From Steroidobacteraceae bacterium (GTDB taxonomy: Bacteria; Pseudomonadota; Gammaproteobacteria; Steroidobacterales; Steroidobacteraceae), in NCBI GenBank assembly GCA_035934055.1, contig DASYYF010000022.1, positions 4,877-68,876 on the forward strand: a stretch of 64,000 nucleotides of DNA, given 5' to 3'. This document shows, piece after piece, positions 26,971 through 37,119 of this stretch; position 1 is the first letter of the stretch, and each line of letters opens with the position of its first letter. The notes under the pieces are model-generated. The model had not been told where the DNA came from and did no database searches. It saw only the letters and a list, made by a program, of their open reading frames with translations. The position numbers and the translations under genes are program-made.

Positions 26971-27864
26971 TTGAAGACGCTGCCATCCACCGCGCTCCCC
27001 CTGAACACCGAGATTGCGGCGCGGCTCGAGGAGGTTGCGCAGATCCTCGCCGGGCAGAATGCCAACCCGTATCGCCTCGCCGCGTACCGCGCGGCCGCCC
27101 GCACGCTGCGCAGCTGGCCGCAGCCCATCAGCGAGGTAGTGAATCAGGAGGGCGTGGCCGGCCTCAGGAAGCTCCCGGGCATCGGCGAGCGCCTGGCGCG
27201 GGCCGTCTACCAGCTGGTGCTGACCGGACGCCTGCCGATGCTCGAGCGGCTGCGGGGCGACAGTGATCCGGTCGAGCTGCTCGCGAGCGTACCGGGTATC
27301 GGCGCGAAGACCGCACAGCACATCCACGAGCGGCTCGGCATCGATACGCTGGAGGAGCTCGAGTGCGCCGCCCACGACGGCCGGCTCGAGCGCCTCGGCA
27401 TGGGGGCGAAGCGCCTCAGCGGTGTGCGCGATGCGCTGGCGGGACGGCTGGGGCGCGCCGGCCAGCGTCCGGCGCCCGAGCTCGGCTCGGCCCCGGACAT
27501 CGCCGAAGTGCTGGATGTCGACCGGCAATATCGCGAGGAGGCCGGCCGCGGCTCGCTGCCGCGGATCGCGCCGCGGCGCTTCAATCCGCGACACGAGGCC
27601 TGGCTCCCCGTGCTGCACGCCCGTCGCGGCGGACGCGAGTACACGGCCCTCTTCTCCAACACCGCCCGGGCGCACGAGCTCGCCCGGACCCGTGACTGGG
27701 TCGTCCTTTACTACGACGGCGCCGGAGCCGCCGAGCGCCAATGCACGGTGATCACCGCGGAGCGCGGACCGCTGCGCGGGCAGCGTATCGTCCGGGGACG
27801 CGAGGACGAATGTCTCGGGTACTACGCCCGCGCGGCCGGGCCGCCGGCGGCGTCCCCGCCCTGA
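26971..27864 (+). CDS. Helix-hairpin-helix DNA-binding protein resembling only the N-terminal (8-kDa/fingers) part of family X polymerases
   Basis: LNTEIAARLEEVAQILAGQNANPYRLAAYRAAARTL...LRKLPGIGERLA...LASVPGIGAKTA. No nucleotidyltransferase or PHP domain. TTG start. Confidence 0.65.
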   Translation: MKTLPSTALPLNTEIAARLEEVAQILAGQNANPYRLAAYRAAARTLRSWPQPISEVVNQEGVAGLRKLPGIGERLARAVYQLVLTGRLPMLERLRGDSDPVELLASVPGIGAKTAQHIHERLGIDTLEELECAAHDGRLERLGMGAKRLSGVRDALAGRLGRAGQRPAPELGSAPDIAEVLDVDRQYREEAGRGSLPRIAPRRFNPRHEAWLPVLHARRGGREYTALFSNTARAHELARTRDWVVLYYDGAGAAERQCTVITAERGPLRGQRIVRGREDECLGYYARAAGPPAASPP

Positions 27865-27885
27865 ACCGCCCGCCAGGACCATCCC

Positions 27886-29799
27886 ATGGACACCCGACAC
27901 AATTTCTCGATCTGGTACTTCGTATTCGCGATGGTGGCGATGCTCGCGCTGCAGAGCCTGCTCTTCAACCGCCACGTGGAGACGCTGGCCTACAGCGACT
28001 TCAAGACACTGCTGCACGCCGGCAAGATCAAGGAGGTGCTGATCGGCGACGAGGCGCTCACCGGGACCGCCGACCTGCGGGGGGCCGAGACGCTGCTGCC
28101 CGCCGAAGTGGCGAAGTCCCTGCCGCACGACAACCTCGAGCAGCACGCCTTCATCACCGCCCGGGTTCCGGACAACGACCTGATCGCCGACCTCCAGGCC
28201 GCCAAGGTGCGCTTCTCCGGGCAGGTCGAGAACCGCTGGCTCACGACGCTGCTCAGCTGGGTGGCGCCGGCGCTGGTGTTCGTGCTGATCTGGGGCTTTC
28301 TCATGCGCCGCATGGGCACGGGGCAGCTCGGCAGCATGCTCGATGTCGGCAAGAGCAAGGCCAAGGTCTTCGTGCAGAAGGAGACCGGCGTGCACTTCGC
28401 GGACGTCGCCGGGATCGACGAAGCCAAGCAGGAGCTGATGGAGGTGGTCGACTTCCTGAAGAACCCGGAGCGCTACCGGCGCCTCGGCGGCCAGATCCCC
28501 AAGGGGGTGCTGATCGTCGGTGCCCCGGGGACCGGCAAGACACTGCTGGCGAAGGCCGTGGCGGGTGAGGCCGGGGTGCCCTTTCTGTCCATCAGCGGCT
28601 CGGAGTTCGTCGAGATGTTCGTCGGGGTCGGAGCCGCACGCGTGCGCGACTTGTTCGAGCAGGCGGCGAAGCTCGCCCCCTGCATCATCTTCATCGACGA
28701 GCTGGATGCGCTCGGCAAGGCGCGCGCAATCAGCGGGCTCGCCGGAAACGACGAGCGCGAGCAGACGCTCAACCAGCTGCTGGTGCAGCTGGACGGCTTC
28801 GATACGCGCAGCGGCGTCATCATCATGGCCGCGACCAATCGCCCGGAGATCCTCGATCCCGCGCTGCTGCGTCCCGGACGCTTCGATCGTCACGTCGCTC
28901 TCGACCGGCCGGACATCAACGGTCGCGAGCAGATCCTGCGCGTGCACGCCAGGCGTCTGGTGCTCGGCGGCGACGTGGACCTGAAGGCGGTGGCGGGCAA
29001 GACCGCCGGTCTCGCCGGCGCAGACCTCGCCAATATCGTCAACGAGGCCGCGCTGCACGCCGCACGCACCAACAAATCGGTGGTCGACATGAGCGACTTC
29101 GACGAGGCCATCGATCGCGCCCTCACGGGTCTGGAAAAGAAGAGCCGGGTGATGACGGCGAAGGAGCGCGAGACGGTCGCCTACCACGAGGCGGGTCACG
29201 CCCTGGTCGCCGAGTCGCGTGCGACCGCGGACAAGGTCGCCAAGGTATCGATCATTCCGCGCGGCATCGGAGCGCTCGGCTATACGCAGCAGCAGCCCAC
29301 GGAGGACCGCTACCTCCTGAAGCACGGCGAGCTCCTCGAGAGGCTCGACGTGCTGCTCGGCGGCCGCGCCGCCGAGCAGCTCGTCTTCCATGAGCTCTCG
29401 ACGGGTGCGCAGAACGACCTGCAGCGTGCCACGGACATGGCGCGCCAGATGGTCACGCGCTATGGCATGAGCGAAGCGCTCGGCCCGGCGACCTTCGAGG
29501 CCGCTCGTCCGGCGCTGTTCCTGCCGGAAACTCTGCCCGCCGCCCGTCCCGAGTACAGCGAGCGCACCGCCGAGCTCATCGATGCGGAGATACGCGAGCT
29601 TCTCGCGGCTGCGCTCGAGCGCGTGCGCGTGACCCTGAGCGCGCGCCGCCGGGAGCTCGAGGCGCTCGCGCAGGAGCTGCTGCGCCACGAGACCGTGGAC
29701 CGCGCCACGCTGACGGCCATCCTGGCAGCGCCCGGCGCGCCGGCGCCGGCAGCGCAGCGCACCGGGGAGGCGCGCCCCGAGGTGAGCTCCGCGGCCTGA
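27886..29799 (+). CDS. ftsH: ATP-dependent zinc metalloprotease FtsH
   Basis: Walker [31 protein letters not shown] region and Zn motif HEAGHAL. Two N-terminal TM segments. Confidence 0.95.
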   Translation: MDTRHNFSIWYFVFAMVAMLALQSLLFNRHVETLAYSDFKTLLHAGKIKEVLIGDEALTGTADLRGAETLLPAEVAKSLPHDNLEQHAFITARVPDNDLIADLQAAKVRFSGQVENRWLTTLLSWVAPALVFVLIWGFLMRRMGTGQLGSMLDVGKSKAKVFVQKETGVHFADVAGIDEAKQELMEVVDFLKNPERYRRLGGQIPKGVLIVGAPGTGKTLLAKAVAGEAGVPFLSISGSEFVEMFVGVGAARVRDLFEQAAKLAPCIIFIDELDALGKARAISGLAGNDEREQTLNQLLVQLDGFDTRSGVIIMAATNRPEILDPALLRPGRFDRHVALDRPDINGREQILRVHARRLVLGGDVDLKAVAGKTAGLAGADLANIVNEAALHAARTNKSVVDMSDFDEAIDRALTGLEKKSRVMTAKERETVAYHEAGHALVAESRATADKVAKVSIIPRGIGALGYTQQQPTEDRYLLKHGELLERLDVLLGGRAAEQLVFHELSTGAQNDLQRATDMARQMVTRYGMSEALGPATFEAARPALFLPETLPAARPEYSERTAELIDAEIRELLAAALERVRVTLSARRRELEALAQELLRHETVDRATLTAILAAPGAPAPAAQRTGEARPEVSSAA

Positions 29800-29814
29800 C
29801 GGCGCCGCCGCGCA

Positions 29815-31200
29815 TCACAGCGCGTACTGCTGATGCAGAAGCGGCATCTCCACCGCCGTCCCGGGCAAGCGTGCGCTGAGGCTCTGCATCGTTTCCGGCT
29901 CGCCGTGCACCAGGAAGGTACGCGCGGCGCGGGTTGCTCCGTGCCAGCGCAGCAGCTCCGCCTGATCGGCGTGGGCCGAGAAGCCGTTGATCGTATGAAT
30001 GCGCGCCTGCACCGGGACCTCCTCGCCGAAGAGGCCGACGCTCCCGGCTCCATCGATGATGCGGCGCGCCAGAGTGCCGCGTGCTGCGAAGCCCACGAAG
30101 ATCACGGCACAGTTGTGGCGCCCGAGGTTGTGCCGCAGATGGTGGCGCACCCGGCCGCCGCCGCACATGCCCGATCCGGCGATGATGATTGCGCCGCCGA
30201 CGATTCGGTTGAGTGCGACCGACTCGGACGTCTCCCGGGTGAAATGCAGCCCCGGCAGGGCGAAGGGATCGCGACCCGCGCGGAACAGCTCGCGGGTCTC
30301 GGGCTGATAGCACTCCGGGTAGCGCGCGAATATCTCGGTGGCGGAGATCGCCATCGGCGAATCGAGGAAGACCTGCATCGTCTGCGGCAGACGGCCGGAT
30401 TCGGCGCCGGCACGCAGATAAAACAGCAGCTCCTGCGCCCGCTCCAGGGCGAAGCTCGGGATGACGACATTGCCGCCGCGCCCCAACGCCGCGGCGATGG
30501 CCTGGTAGAGCTCCTCGACCGAGGGGCCGATCGGCTTGTGCAGACGGTCGCCGTAAGTGCTCTCCATCACCACGGCGTCGGCCTGCGGCGGCGGCGCGGC
30601 GGTGCGCAGCAGCGGCCGGCCGATGTTGCCGAGATCGCCGGAAAACAGCACCCGGCGCCGCGCTCCGCCTTCCGCGAGATCGAGCAGGACGCTGGCCGAC
30701 CCGAGGATGTGGCCGGCGTCGAGAAAGGTCGCCGATATGCCGGGTGCCAGCGGCATCGGCGTGCCGTAGTGCGCCGTCAGGCCGACGAAATCCATCGTGT
30801 GCAGCGCATCGACGATGGTGTAGAGGGGTGCCGGCGTTCCCGGTGCGCCTTTGTGGGCCGTGTGCCGCGCGCGCCGCAGCGCCTCCTCCTCGTGCACGTG
30901 CGCCGCATCCAGCAGCACCAGGCGCAGCAGCTCGCGCGAAGCGCCCGTGGTCACGATCTCGCCGCGGAAACCGCGCTTCGCGAGGAGCGGCAGGCGCCCA
31001 CAGTGATCGAGATGGGCGTGCGTCAGCAACACGAAGTCGATGCCGCCGGGCTCGAAGCCGAAGGGTTCCGCGTTCTCCTCGTCGAGCTCGCACCCGCCCT
31101 GGTACAGGCCGCAATCGATGAGCACCCGCTTGCCGCCGCACTCGATGAGATGGCAGGAACCGGTGACGCCGCGGTCGGCCCCATGGAACTCGATCTTCAT
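29815..31200 (-). CDS. MBL-fold beta-CASP hydrolase (RNase J / CPSF-like, RNA-specificity domain)
   Basis: MKIEFHGADRGVTGSCHLIE...VLLTHAHLDHCGRLPLL...ESTYGDR...GFSAHADQAELL. This is only the last 461 codons of the 1613-aa track ORF. Confidence 0.85.
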   Translation of the reverse strand: MKIEFHGADRGVTGSCHLIECGGKRVLIDCGLYQGGCELDEENAEPFGFEPGGIDFVLLTHAHLDHCGRLPLLAKRGFRGEIVTTGASRELLRLVLLDAAHVHEEEALRRARHTAHKGAPGTPAPLYTIVDALHTMDFVGLTAHYGTPMPLAPGISATFLDAGHILGSASVLLDLAEGGARRRVLFSGDLGNIGRPLLRTAAPPPQADAVVMESTYGDRLHKPIGPSVEELYQAIAAALGRGGNVVIPSFALERAQELLFYLRAGAESGRLPQTMQVFLDSPMAISATEIFARYPECYQPETRELFRAGRDPFALPGLHFTRETSESVALNRIVGGAIIIAGSGMCGGGRVRHHLRHNLGRHNCAVIFVGFAARGTLARRIIDGAGSVGLFGEEVPVQARIHTINGFSAHADQAELLRWHGATRAARTFLVHGEPETMQSLSARLPGTAVEMPLLHQQYAL

Positions 31201-31225
31201 CGAGTCATGCTGGCACGGCCCGCGG

Positions 31226-31270
31226 GTGCCGGTACTACGTACAACTGCGGCTACGTCGCTCGCGGGGCGC
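31226..31270. promoter_or_regulatory. Conserved ~45-bp intergenic element, copy 2 (divergent MBL-RNase / 6-gene operon promoters)
   Basis: GTGCCGGTACTACGTACAACTGCGGCTACGTCGCTCGCGGGGCGC. It ends 42 nt before the + strand start codon at 31312. Confidence 0.4.
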
Positions 31271-31311
31271 CACCTATCATCGGCGGGCGAGGCTGACGGT
31301 GGCGGGGTTTC

Positions 31312-32391
31312 ATGAGTGCAGTCGAATCCGGTGTCCGCGATCCGCGGCCGATCGGGTCCATGGATGAGGTGATTGCTGCCAAGGTCGCCTTTCTGTCCGA
31401 TCCGGCCTCCTATCCAGACCACCCGCCGCGGGTCGAGCGGCGGGAAACGCATTTCGCGTGGGTGTTTCTCGCCGGCAGCCGCGCTTACAAGCTGAAGAAG
31501 CCCTCGCACCTGCGCGGCGCGGACTGGCGCACCACGGAGGCACGCGAGCTCGCCTGCCGCGAGGAGCTGCGGCTCAACTGCCGGCTGTCGGCCCCTACCT
31601 ATCTCGGCGTCGAGCCGCTCATCGAGACAGCCGCGGGCTTCAGGATCGGCGGTGACGGCCGCGCCGTCGACTGGCTGCTGGTGATGCGACGCCTGGACGA
31701 GCGGCGCATGCTCGACTCGGTGATCGCCGCGGGCGAGCTGCACGCCGGCGATCTCGACGTCGTGCTCGGGTTCCTGGTCGATTTCTACAGGTCGCGCGAC
31801 CCGCTGCCCTTCGCACCGGATACCTACCTGGGGCGCGTCAGGTCGCGCATGGACGAGGCCCTGACCGCACTGCAGAGACCCGAGCTCGGATTGCCGGCCG
31901 AGCGGATCGCACCGCTGGCGGGCGAGCTGAGCGGCGCCTTCGAGTTGCTGCGGCCCGAGCTCGCAGAGCGCGCGAGCGGGCACCGTATCGCCGAGGTGCA
32001 CGGGGATCTGCGCGCGGAGCACGTGTGGCTCGGGCCTCCCGTGCAGGTCATCGATGCGCTCGAGGTATACGCCGACCTGCGGATGCTCGACACGGCGGAG
32101 GAGATCGCCATGCTGGCGCTCGATTGTGAGCGCCCCGCGACCTCCTGGGCGCCCGAGTATTTGCGGGACCACTACCGCGACCTGGCGCGAGACCCCTGCA
32201 GCAACCGGCTGTTCGAGTTCTACATGGCGCTGCGCGCCGCCACCCACGCCAAGCTCGCGATCTGGCATCTCGACGATCCGCAGCAGTTCCCCGACCCGGC
32301 ACCCTGGCGCGCCCGCGCGCTCAGGGCCGCAGCCACGGCGCTGCGCCACTGCCGGGCCGCCGTGCCGGCGAGCCTCACCCGCTCGGCCTAG
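31312..32391 (+). CDS. Aminoglycoside-phosphotransferase-like (protein-kinase-fold) protein, stand-alone
   Basis: ETHFAWVFLAGSRAYKLKKP...CREELRLNCRLSAPTYLGVEPL...VHGDLRAEHVW. Paralogous to the N-terminal half of 47766..49334. Confidence 0.6.
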   Translation: MSAVESGVRDPRPIGSMDEVIAAKVAFLSDPASYPDHPPRVERRETHFAWVFLAGSRAYKLKKPSHLRGADWRTTEARELACREELRLNCRLSAPTYLGVEPLIETAAGFRIGGDGRAVDWLLVMRRLDERRMLDSVIAAGELHAGDLDVVLGFLVDFYRSRDPLPFAPDTYLGRVRSRMDEALTALQRPELGLPAERIAPLAGELSGAFELLRPELAERASGHRIAEVHGDLRAEHVWLGPPVQVIDALEVYADLRMLDTAEEIAMLALDCERPATSWAPEYLRDHYRDLARDPCSNRLFEFYMALRAATHAKLAIWHLDDPQQFPDPAPWRARALRAAATALRHCRAAVPASLTRSA

Positions 32392-32403
32392 CGCAACAGC
32401 CTC

Positions 32404-33420
32404 ATGCGCGCGATTCCCGAACCGTGCCTGTTCGCCCTGAGCGAGTCGCGCGACCTCGCCCTGAGCATCGCCGCGAGCGCCGGACTCGCCCTGGCGGCTC
32501 TCGAGGAGCGCCGCTTCGAGAGCGGCGAATTCAAGCTCCGCCCGCTCGAGTCGGTGCGCGACCGGACGGCGCTCGTCGTCGAGTCCCTCGCCGGCGACCC
32601 GGCGGTGCCGACGAGCGAGCGGCTGGTCCGTCTGCTGTTCCTGCTGTCCGGCTTGAGGGATGCCGGGGCGCTGCGCCGGACCGCGCTCGTGCCCTACCTG
32701 GCTTTCGCGCGCAAAGAGCGCCGTACCCAGCTGCGCGATCCGGTCAACACGCGCTACGTGGCGCAGCTGCTCGAGGCGGCAGGCCTCGACCGGCTCATGG
32801 CGCTCGACGTGCACAACCCGGCGGCCCTCGACAACGCCTTCCGTATTCCGGTCGATCACCTGAGCGCCATGCCGATGATGGTCGACCATTTTGCCCGGCG
32901 GCTCGGGGCGGCCCCGCTCACGGTCGTCTCGCCGGACGTCGGCGGCATCAAACGAGCGCAGCTGTTTTGCGAGCTGCTGCAGCGGCGGCTCGACCGCGAG
33001 GTGGAGATGGCGTTCATCGAGAAGCGCCGGGCACTGGATGTGGTCTCGAGCGGAGTGCTGGTGGGCGATGTCTCGCATCGGGACGTGATCGTCATCGACG
33101 ATCTGTGCGCCTCGGGCGGCACGCTGACGCGCGCGGCAGACTCGTGCCGGCGCGCGGGAGCACAGGCCGTGCATGCCGCGGCGACGCACGCGCCTCTGCC
33201 CGCCGGCCTCGCGGCCCTGCTGGCCGCGGGGACTCTCGAGAGCGTCGTGGTCACCGACAGCGTCGGACCAGGCCCCGCCGCCGCGCGCGCCTCCGCCGGC
33301 GGCTCGTCGCTCACGGTGCTGGCCGTCGGCCCGCTCTTCGGCCAGGCATTGCGGCGGATGGTGGACGGCAAGCCGCTCGCACCGCTCCTCGAGCGCTGGC
33401 CGGTCTCGCCGGCCGACTGA
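32404..33420 (+). CDS. Ribose-phosphate diphosphokinase (PRPP synthetase) family protein
   Basis: Full-length Prs pattern: RRFESGEFKLRPLESVRD...ALVPYLAFARKERR...DVHNPAALDNAFRIPVDHL...VVSPDVGGIKRA...VIVIDDLCASGGTL...VVVTDSV. Confidence 0.8.
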   Translation: MRAIPEPCLFALSESRDLALSIAASAGLALAALEERRFESGEFKLRPLESVRDRTALVVESLAGDPAVPTSERLVRLLFLLSGLRDAGALRRTALVPYLAFARKERRTQLRDPVNTRYVAQLLEAAGLDRLMALDVHNPAALDNAFRIPVDHLSAMPMMVDHFARRLGAAPLTVVSPDVGGIKRAQLFCELLQRRLDREVEMAFIEKRRALDVVSSGVLVGDVSHRDVIVIDDLCASGGTLTRAADSCRRAGAQAVHAAATHAPLPAGLAALLAAGTLESVVVTDSVGPGPAAARASAGGSSLTVLAVGPLFGQALRRMVDGKPLAPLLERWPVSPAD

Positions 33421-33432
33421 GCGGCTCCCGCC

Positions 33433-34473
33433 ATGGCTGCGAGCTATCTCATCACCGGAGGCGCCGGCTTTCTCGGCATCAACCTCTGCCGCTACCTGCT
33501 GGCCTGCGGCGAGCGGGTGCGTTCGCTCGACATCGCACCCTTTCAGTATCCGGATCGCCCACGGGTCGAGGTCATCGATGGCGACGTGCGTGACCCGGCC
33601 GCCGTCGAGCGCGCCGTGAGCGGCATCGACGTCGTGGTGCATGCCGCCGCGGCACTGCCGCTCGCCCCACCCGAGGAGATCGTCTCGACCGCCGTCCAGG
33701 GCACCCGGTTGCTGCTGCAGGCTGCCGCGGCCCACGGCGTGCGGCGCTTCATCTTCATCTCCTCCACCGCCGTCTACGGCATCCCTGACCATCATCCGCT
33801 GCTCGAGAGCGACCGGCTGCAAGGGGTCGGACCCTACGGCGAATCCAAGATCCGGGCGGAAGCACTGTGCGTCCACGCCCGCGAGGGGGGCCTGTGCGTC
33901 AGCATTCTGCGGCCGAAGAGCTTCGTCGGGCCGGAGCGCCTCGGCGCCTTCGAGCTGCTCTACAGCTGGGCCTGTGCGGGAAGAAATTTTCCGGTGCTGG
34001 GCGCGGGCAACAACCGCTACCAGCTGCTCGACGTCGAGGACCTGTGCCGCGCTATCGAGCTGTGCGCGAGTGCGGGCCCGGAGCAGGCCAACGACACTTT
34101 CAACGTGGGCGCGGCGGATTTCGGCACCATGCGCGAGAACTTCCAGGCGGTGCTCGATCGCGCCGGGCACGGCGCGCACGTCGTGGCGCTGCCCGCCAGA
34201 CCCGCGATCCTGCTGCTGCGGCTGGCGGAAGCGCTGCGCCTCTCGCCGCTGTACCGCTGGATCTACGCAACCGCATCGCAGGAGAGCTTCGTCTCGGTCG
34301 CGAAGATCGAGAGCCGCCTGGGATTCCGCCCGCGCTATTCGAATCGCGAGGCCCTGATCCGCAACTACGACTGGTACGTGGCGCATCGGCAGGAGCTCGG
34401 CACGCTGACCGGCACCACGCACCGCGTGCCATGGAAGAAGGGAGTGCTCCGCCTTGTCGAACATCTCTTCTGA
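33433..34473 (+). CDS. NAD-dependent epimerase/dehydratase (extended SDR)
   Basis: ITGGAGFLGINL Rossmann motif and catalytic PYGESKIRAE (YxxxK). Confidence 0.85.
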   Translation: MAASYLITGGAGFLGINLCRYLLACGERVRSLDIAPFQYPDRPRVEVIDGDVRDPAAVERAVSGIDVVVHAAAALPLAPPEEIVSTAVQGTRLLLQAAAAHGVRRFIFISSTAVYGIPDHHPLLESDRLQGVGPYGESKIRAEALCVHAREGGLCVSILRPKSFVGPERLGAFELLYSWACAGRNFPVLGAGNNRYQLLDVEDLCRAIELCASAGPEQANDTFNVGAADFGTMRENFQAVLDRAGHGAHVVALPARPAILLLRLAEALRLSPLYRWIYATASQESFVSVAKIESRLGFRPRYSNREALIRNYDWYVAHRQELGTLTGTTHRVPWKKGVLRLVEHLF

Positions 34474-35371
34474 GCTGCGCGAGCTCCGCGCCGGCGCCCT
34501 GCTGCCGGCGGCCCTCGAGAGCCTGCGGACGTACCAGTGGCTCAAGAACGCGCTGGTCTTCGTGCCGCTCGCCGCCGCGCATCGTCTCGGAGAGCCGCAG
34601 CTCCTGCTGCGTGCGTTGTATGTGTTCGTCGCCTTCAGCCTGTGCGCCTCCGGCATCTATCTGCTGAACGACCTGTGGGACGCGTCGGTGGACCGCGTGC
34701 ACCCCCACAAGCAGCTGCGGCCGATCGCCTCGGGGCGCCTGCCCCGCTCCGCGGCCCTCGTGCTGGCGGCTGCGCTGCTCGTCGCCGCCCTGGCCGCCGC
34801 CTGGCCGCTCGGTCTGCGGACCGCAGCCGCGCTGGGCGCGTACCTCGCGCTGATGGTTGCCTACACGCTGCGCCTCAAGGCGATCGTGCTGCTCGATGCG
34901 CTGGTGCTGGCCGGCGGCTACGCGCTGCGAGTTCTCGCCGGCGGGCTGGCGGTCGCGATCATCCCGTCGGCGCGGCTGCTCGCGTTCTGCATCTTCCTCT
35001 TCTTCAGCCTCGCTCTGGTGAAGCGCTACGCGGAGCTCGCGCTGCTGCGCCTGCGCGACGGCCCCGCCGCCCATGCCCGCGCCTATCTGCTCGAGGATCA
35101 GGAATTCATCGTCGCGCTCGGCACCTCCTGCGGCGCTCTCTCGGTGCTGGTGCTCGCGCTCTACATGAGCAGCGCGACCGTCGTACGGCTCTATTCGCGC
35201 GCGGAATTCATCTGGGTCACCTGTGTGCTGCTGCTCTACTGGATCAGCCACATGTGGCTGATGGCCCACCGCGGCCGCATGACCGACGACCCGCTGGTGT
35301 TCGCCGTCAAGAACCGGGTGAGCGCTGCGCTCATCGTGCTGATGGGAGCCACGGCGTGGCTCGCGGTCTGA
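34454..35371 (+). CDS. UbiA-family prenyl-phosphate phosphoribosyltransferase-like protein (DPPR synthase type)
   Basis: LRTYQWLKNALVFVPLAAA and LLNDLWDASVDRVHPHKQLRPIASG. About 8 TM segments. TTG start overlaps the SDR gene by 20 nt. Confidence 0.75.
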   Translation: MSNISSELRELRAGALLPAALESLRTYQWLKNALVFVPLAAAHRLGEPQLLLRALYVFVAFSLCASGIYLLNDLWDASVDRVHPHKQLRPIASGRLPRSAALVLAAALLVAALAAAWPLGLRTAAALGAYLALMVAYTLRLKAIVLLDALVLAGGYALRVLAGGLAVAIIPSARLLAFCIFLFFSLALVKRYAELALLRLRDGPAAHARAYLLEDQEFIVALGTSCGALSVLVLALYMSSATVVRLYSRAEFIWVTCVLLLYWISHMWLMAHRGRMTDDPLVFAVKNRVSAALIVLMGATAWLAV

Positions 35372-37119
35372 GCGGCGCCCTTGCGGGGGCGCTGCTGCTC
35401 CTCTCCTGCTCGTTCGCCGGCGAGCCGAGCCTGCCGCCGGCCGCAACGCTGGCGGCGCAGCGTGCCGAGTACGAGGCGGACGCGCCCAAGACCATCCTCG
35501 AGCTGCAGCCGTTCCGCAGCGCGACACGCGCTGCCGTCACGCGTGCCGACGGCACGCCCGGCACTGCCACCCTCACCAATCTCAATCCCTACGCGAATTC
35601 CTGGTACCTGCTCTCGATCGGGTGGCCGGCCGCGGCCGGCGGCTCGGCCAGCTACCACTTGCAGAATCCTTACCCGCTGCTGCAGGTGCTGCGGCTGCGC
35701 GCCGCCGATCCGCGCTCGGTGACCGTCGCCAACGACAGCGGCGTGCTCTGCACGCTCTGGTCCAGTGACGGCCGGGGCGCGCTCGCCGCGGCGGTCGCCT
35801 CGGGACTGCCTTACGCGCCGCTCTGCGGCGGCGCCCTGTACCTGCGCAATCCGGTCGCCGGCCATCATACGTCGCTCGAGCGGATCACGGACTTCCTGCG
35901 CGATCATGTCTGGGGTGGCGACCGCGTCGTGAACTTCGTAAAGCAGGAGTTCTACCGTGACGCGTTCCTGGAAAAAGGTGCGGTCGGCTCCGCCGCCGCC
36001 CCTGCTCCGGTCGCGCGGGGGCCGATGCCGGCAGAGCTCGCGCCGGAGTACGCCGGCGGCGCGACGGTCACCGAGCACCTGGCAATCGATCTGGGCAGCG
36101 CAGCACGCGAGCTGCAGCTCGGGCAATGGTACGCGGTACCCGGGCTCTCAGGAGTCTTCGTGAGCGCCATCGCGCCGCGGTACATCGCGCCGCGCCTTCT
36201 CGCGCACGAGGCCCATGTCAACGCGCTCGACCCGGTCGAGTCGGGCGCGCTCGCCTACCTCGTCGCCTTCGATCCGCAGCTCCTCGAGCTGCACTTCGTT
36301 CTCGGAACGGACCACCCGCGCCTCGACTGGTCGGAGCGGCCGCCGCCCGCGTCGCAGGATCCGCGCCTGCCGGGCCCGGACGGCGTGGGAAGCGCCGCGC
36401 CCCTCGTGACCAACGGCATGGTGAATCCCGCGGATGCGCCGCGCACGGTCGCGACGTTCACCGGGGGATTCAAGCGCGCGCACGGCGCATTCCGCGTCGG
36501 GGCGCTGGCCGAGCGCAATCACGGCAGCCATTACGGCTTCATCGAGCAGGGAGTCATATTCAGCAAGCTGCAGCCCGGGCTGTCGACGGTACTGGTCACT
36601 GATGACGGCGCGGCCGATCTCAGGACCTGGAGTGCGGCGGACGACGTGCTGCTGCCGCGCCTGCGCGATGTCCGCCAGAACGGCGTCCCGCTCATCGAAT
36701 ACGAAGCGCAGCAGCAGCGCGCGGTGCCCGGCGAGCTGGTCGACCGCTGGGGTCCGGGAAACTGGTCCGGCTCGGCCGAAGAGGTGCTGCGGACGCTGCG
36801 GGCGGGCCTGTGCCTGCAGCAGCAGGGGCGGCAGCGTTACCTCATCTACGGCTATTTCTCCGCAGCCACGCCGTCGGCGATGACGCGCGTGTTTCAGGCC
36901 TACCAATGCCGCTATGCGATGCTCCTCGACATCAACGCCCTGGAGCATACCTACCTCGCGCTCTACGTGAGCCGCGGCGGCCGGCGTCTGGTCGAGCATC
37001 TCGTCGAGGGAATGGAAGAGGTCGACCGCACCGCCGGCAAGGAGTTCGCGCCGCGCTTCCTGGCGTTCCCGGATGATCGGGACTTCTTCTACCTGACGAG
37101 GCGCGCGGCCGAGCCATGA
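35356..37119 (+). CDS. Lipoprotein, unknown function (C-terminal half possibly phosphodiester-glycosidase-like)
   Basis: GTG 35356 gives VARGLSGALAGALLLLSCSF (lipobox LLSC) and overlaps the UbiA gene by 16 nt. C-terminal TFTGGFKRAHGAF...YGFIEQGVIF...RYAMLLDINALEHTYL is only weakly reminiscent of PF09992. Confidence 0.55.
   Translation: MARGLSGALAGALLLLSCSFAGEPSLPPAATLAAQRAEYEADAPKTILELQPFRSATRAAVTRADGTPGTATLTNLNPYANSWYLLSIGWPAAAGGSASYHLQNPYPLLQVLRLRAADPRSVTVANDSGVLCTLWSSDGRGALAAAVASGLPYAPLCGGALYLRNPVAGHHTSLERITDFLRDHVWGGDRVVNFVKQEFYRDAFLEKGAVGSAAAPAPVARGPMPAELAPEYAGGATVTEHLAIDLGSAARELQLGQWYAVPGLSGVFVSAIAPRYIAPRLLAHEAHVNALDPVESGALAYLVAFDPQLLELHFVLGTDHPRLDWSERPPPASQDPRLPGPDGVGSAAPLVTNGMVNPADAPRTVATFTGGFKRAHGAFRVGALAERNHGSHYGFIEQGVIFSKLQPGLSTVLVTDDGAADLRTWSAADDVLLPRLRDVRQNGVPLIEYEAQQQRAVPGELVDRWGPGNWSGSAEEVLRTLRAGLCLQQQGRQRYLIYGYFSAATPSAMTRVFQAYQCRYAMLLDINALEHTYLALYVSRGGRRLVEHLVEGMEEVDRTAGKEFAPRFLAFPDDRDFFYLTRRAAEP

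Noticed and set aside
29815-34656. 1613-aa minus-strand ORF, the longest in the track.
   Set aside because: Only its last 461 codons (29815..31200, the beta-CASP MBL RNase) look like protein. The remainder is R/A/G/P-rich and exactly antisense to five plus-strand genes with clear family signatures. This is a typical GC-rich shadow ORF.
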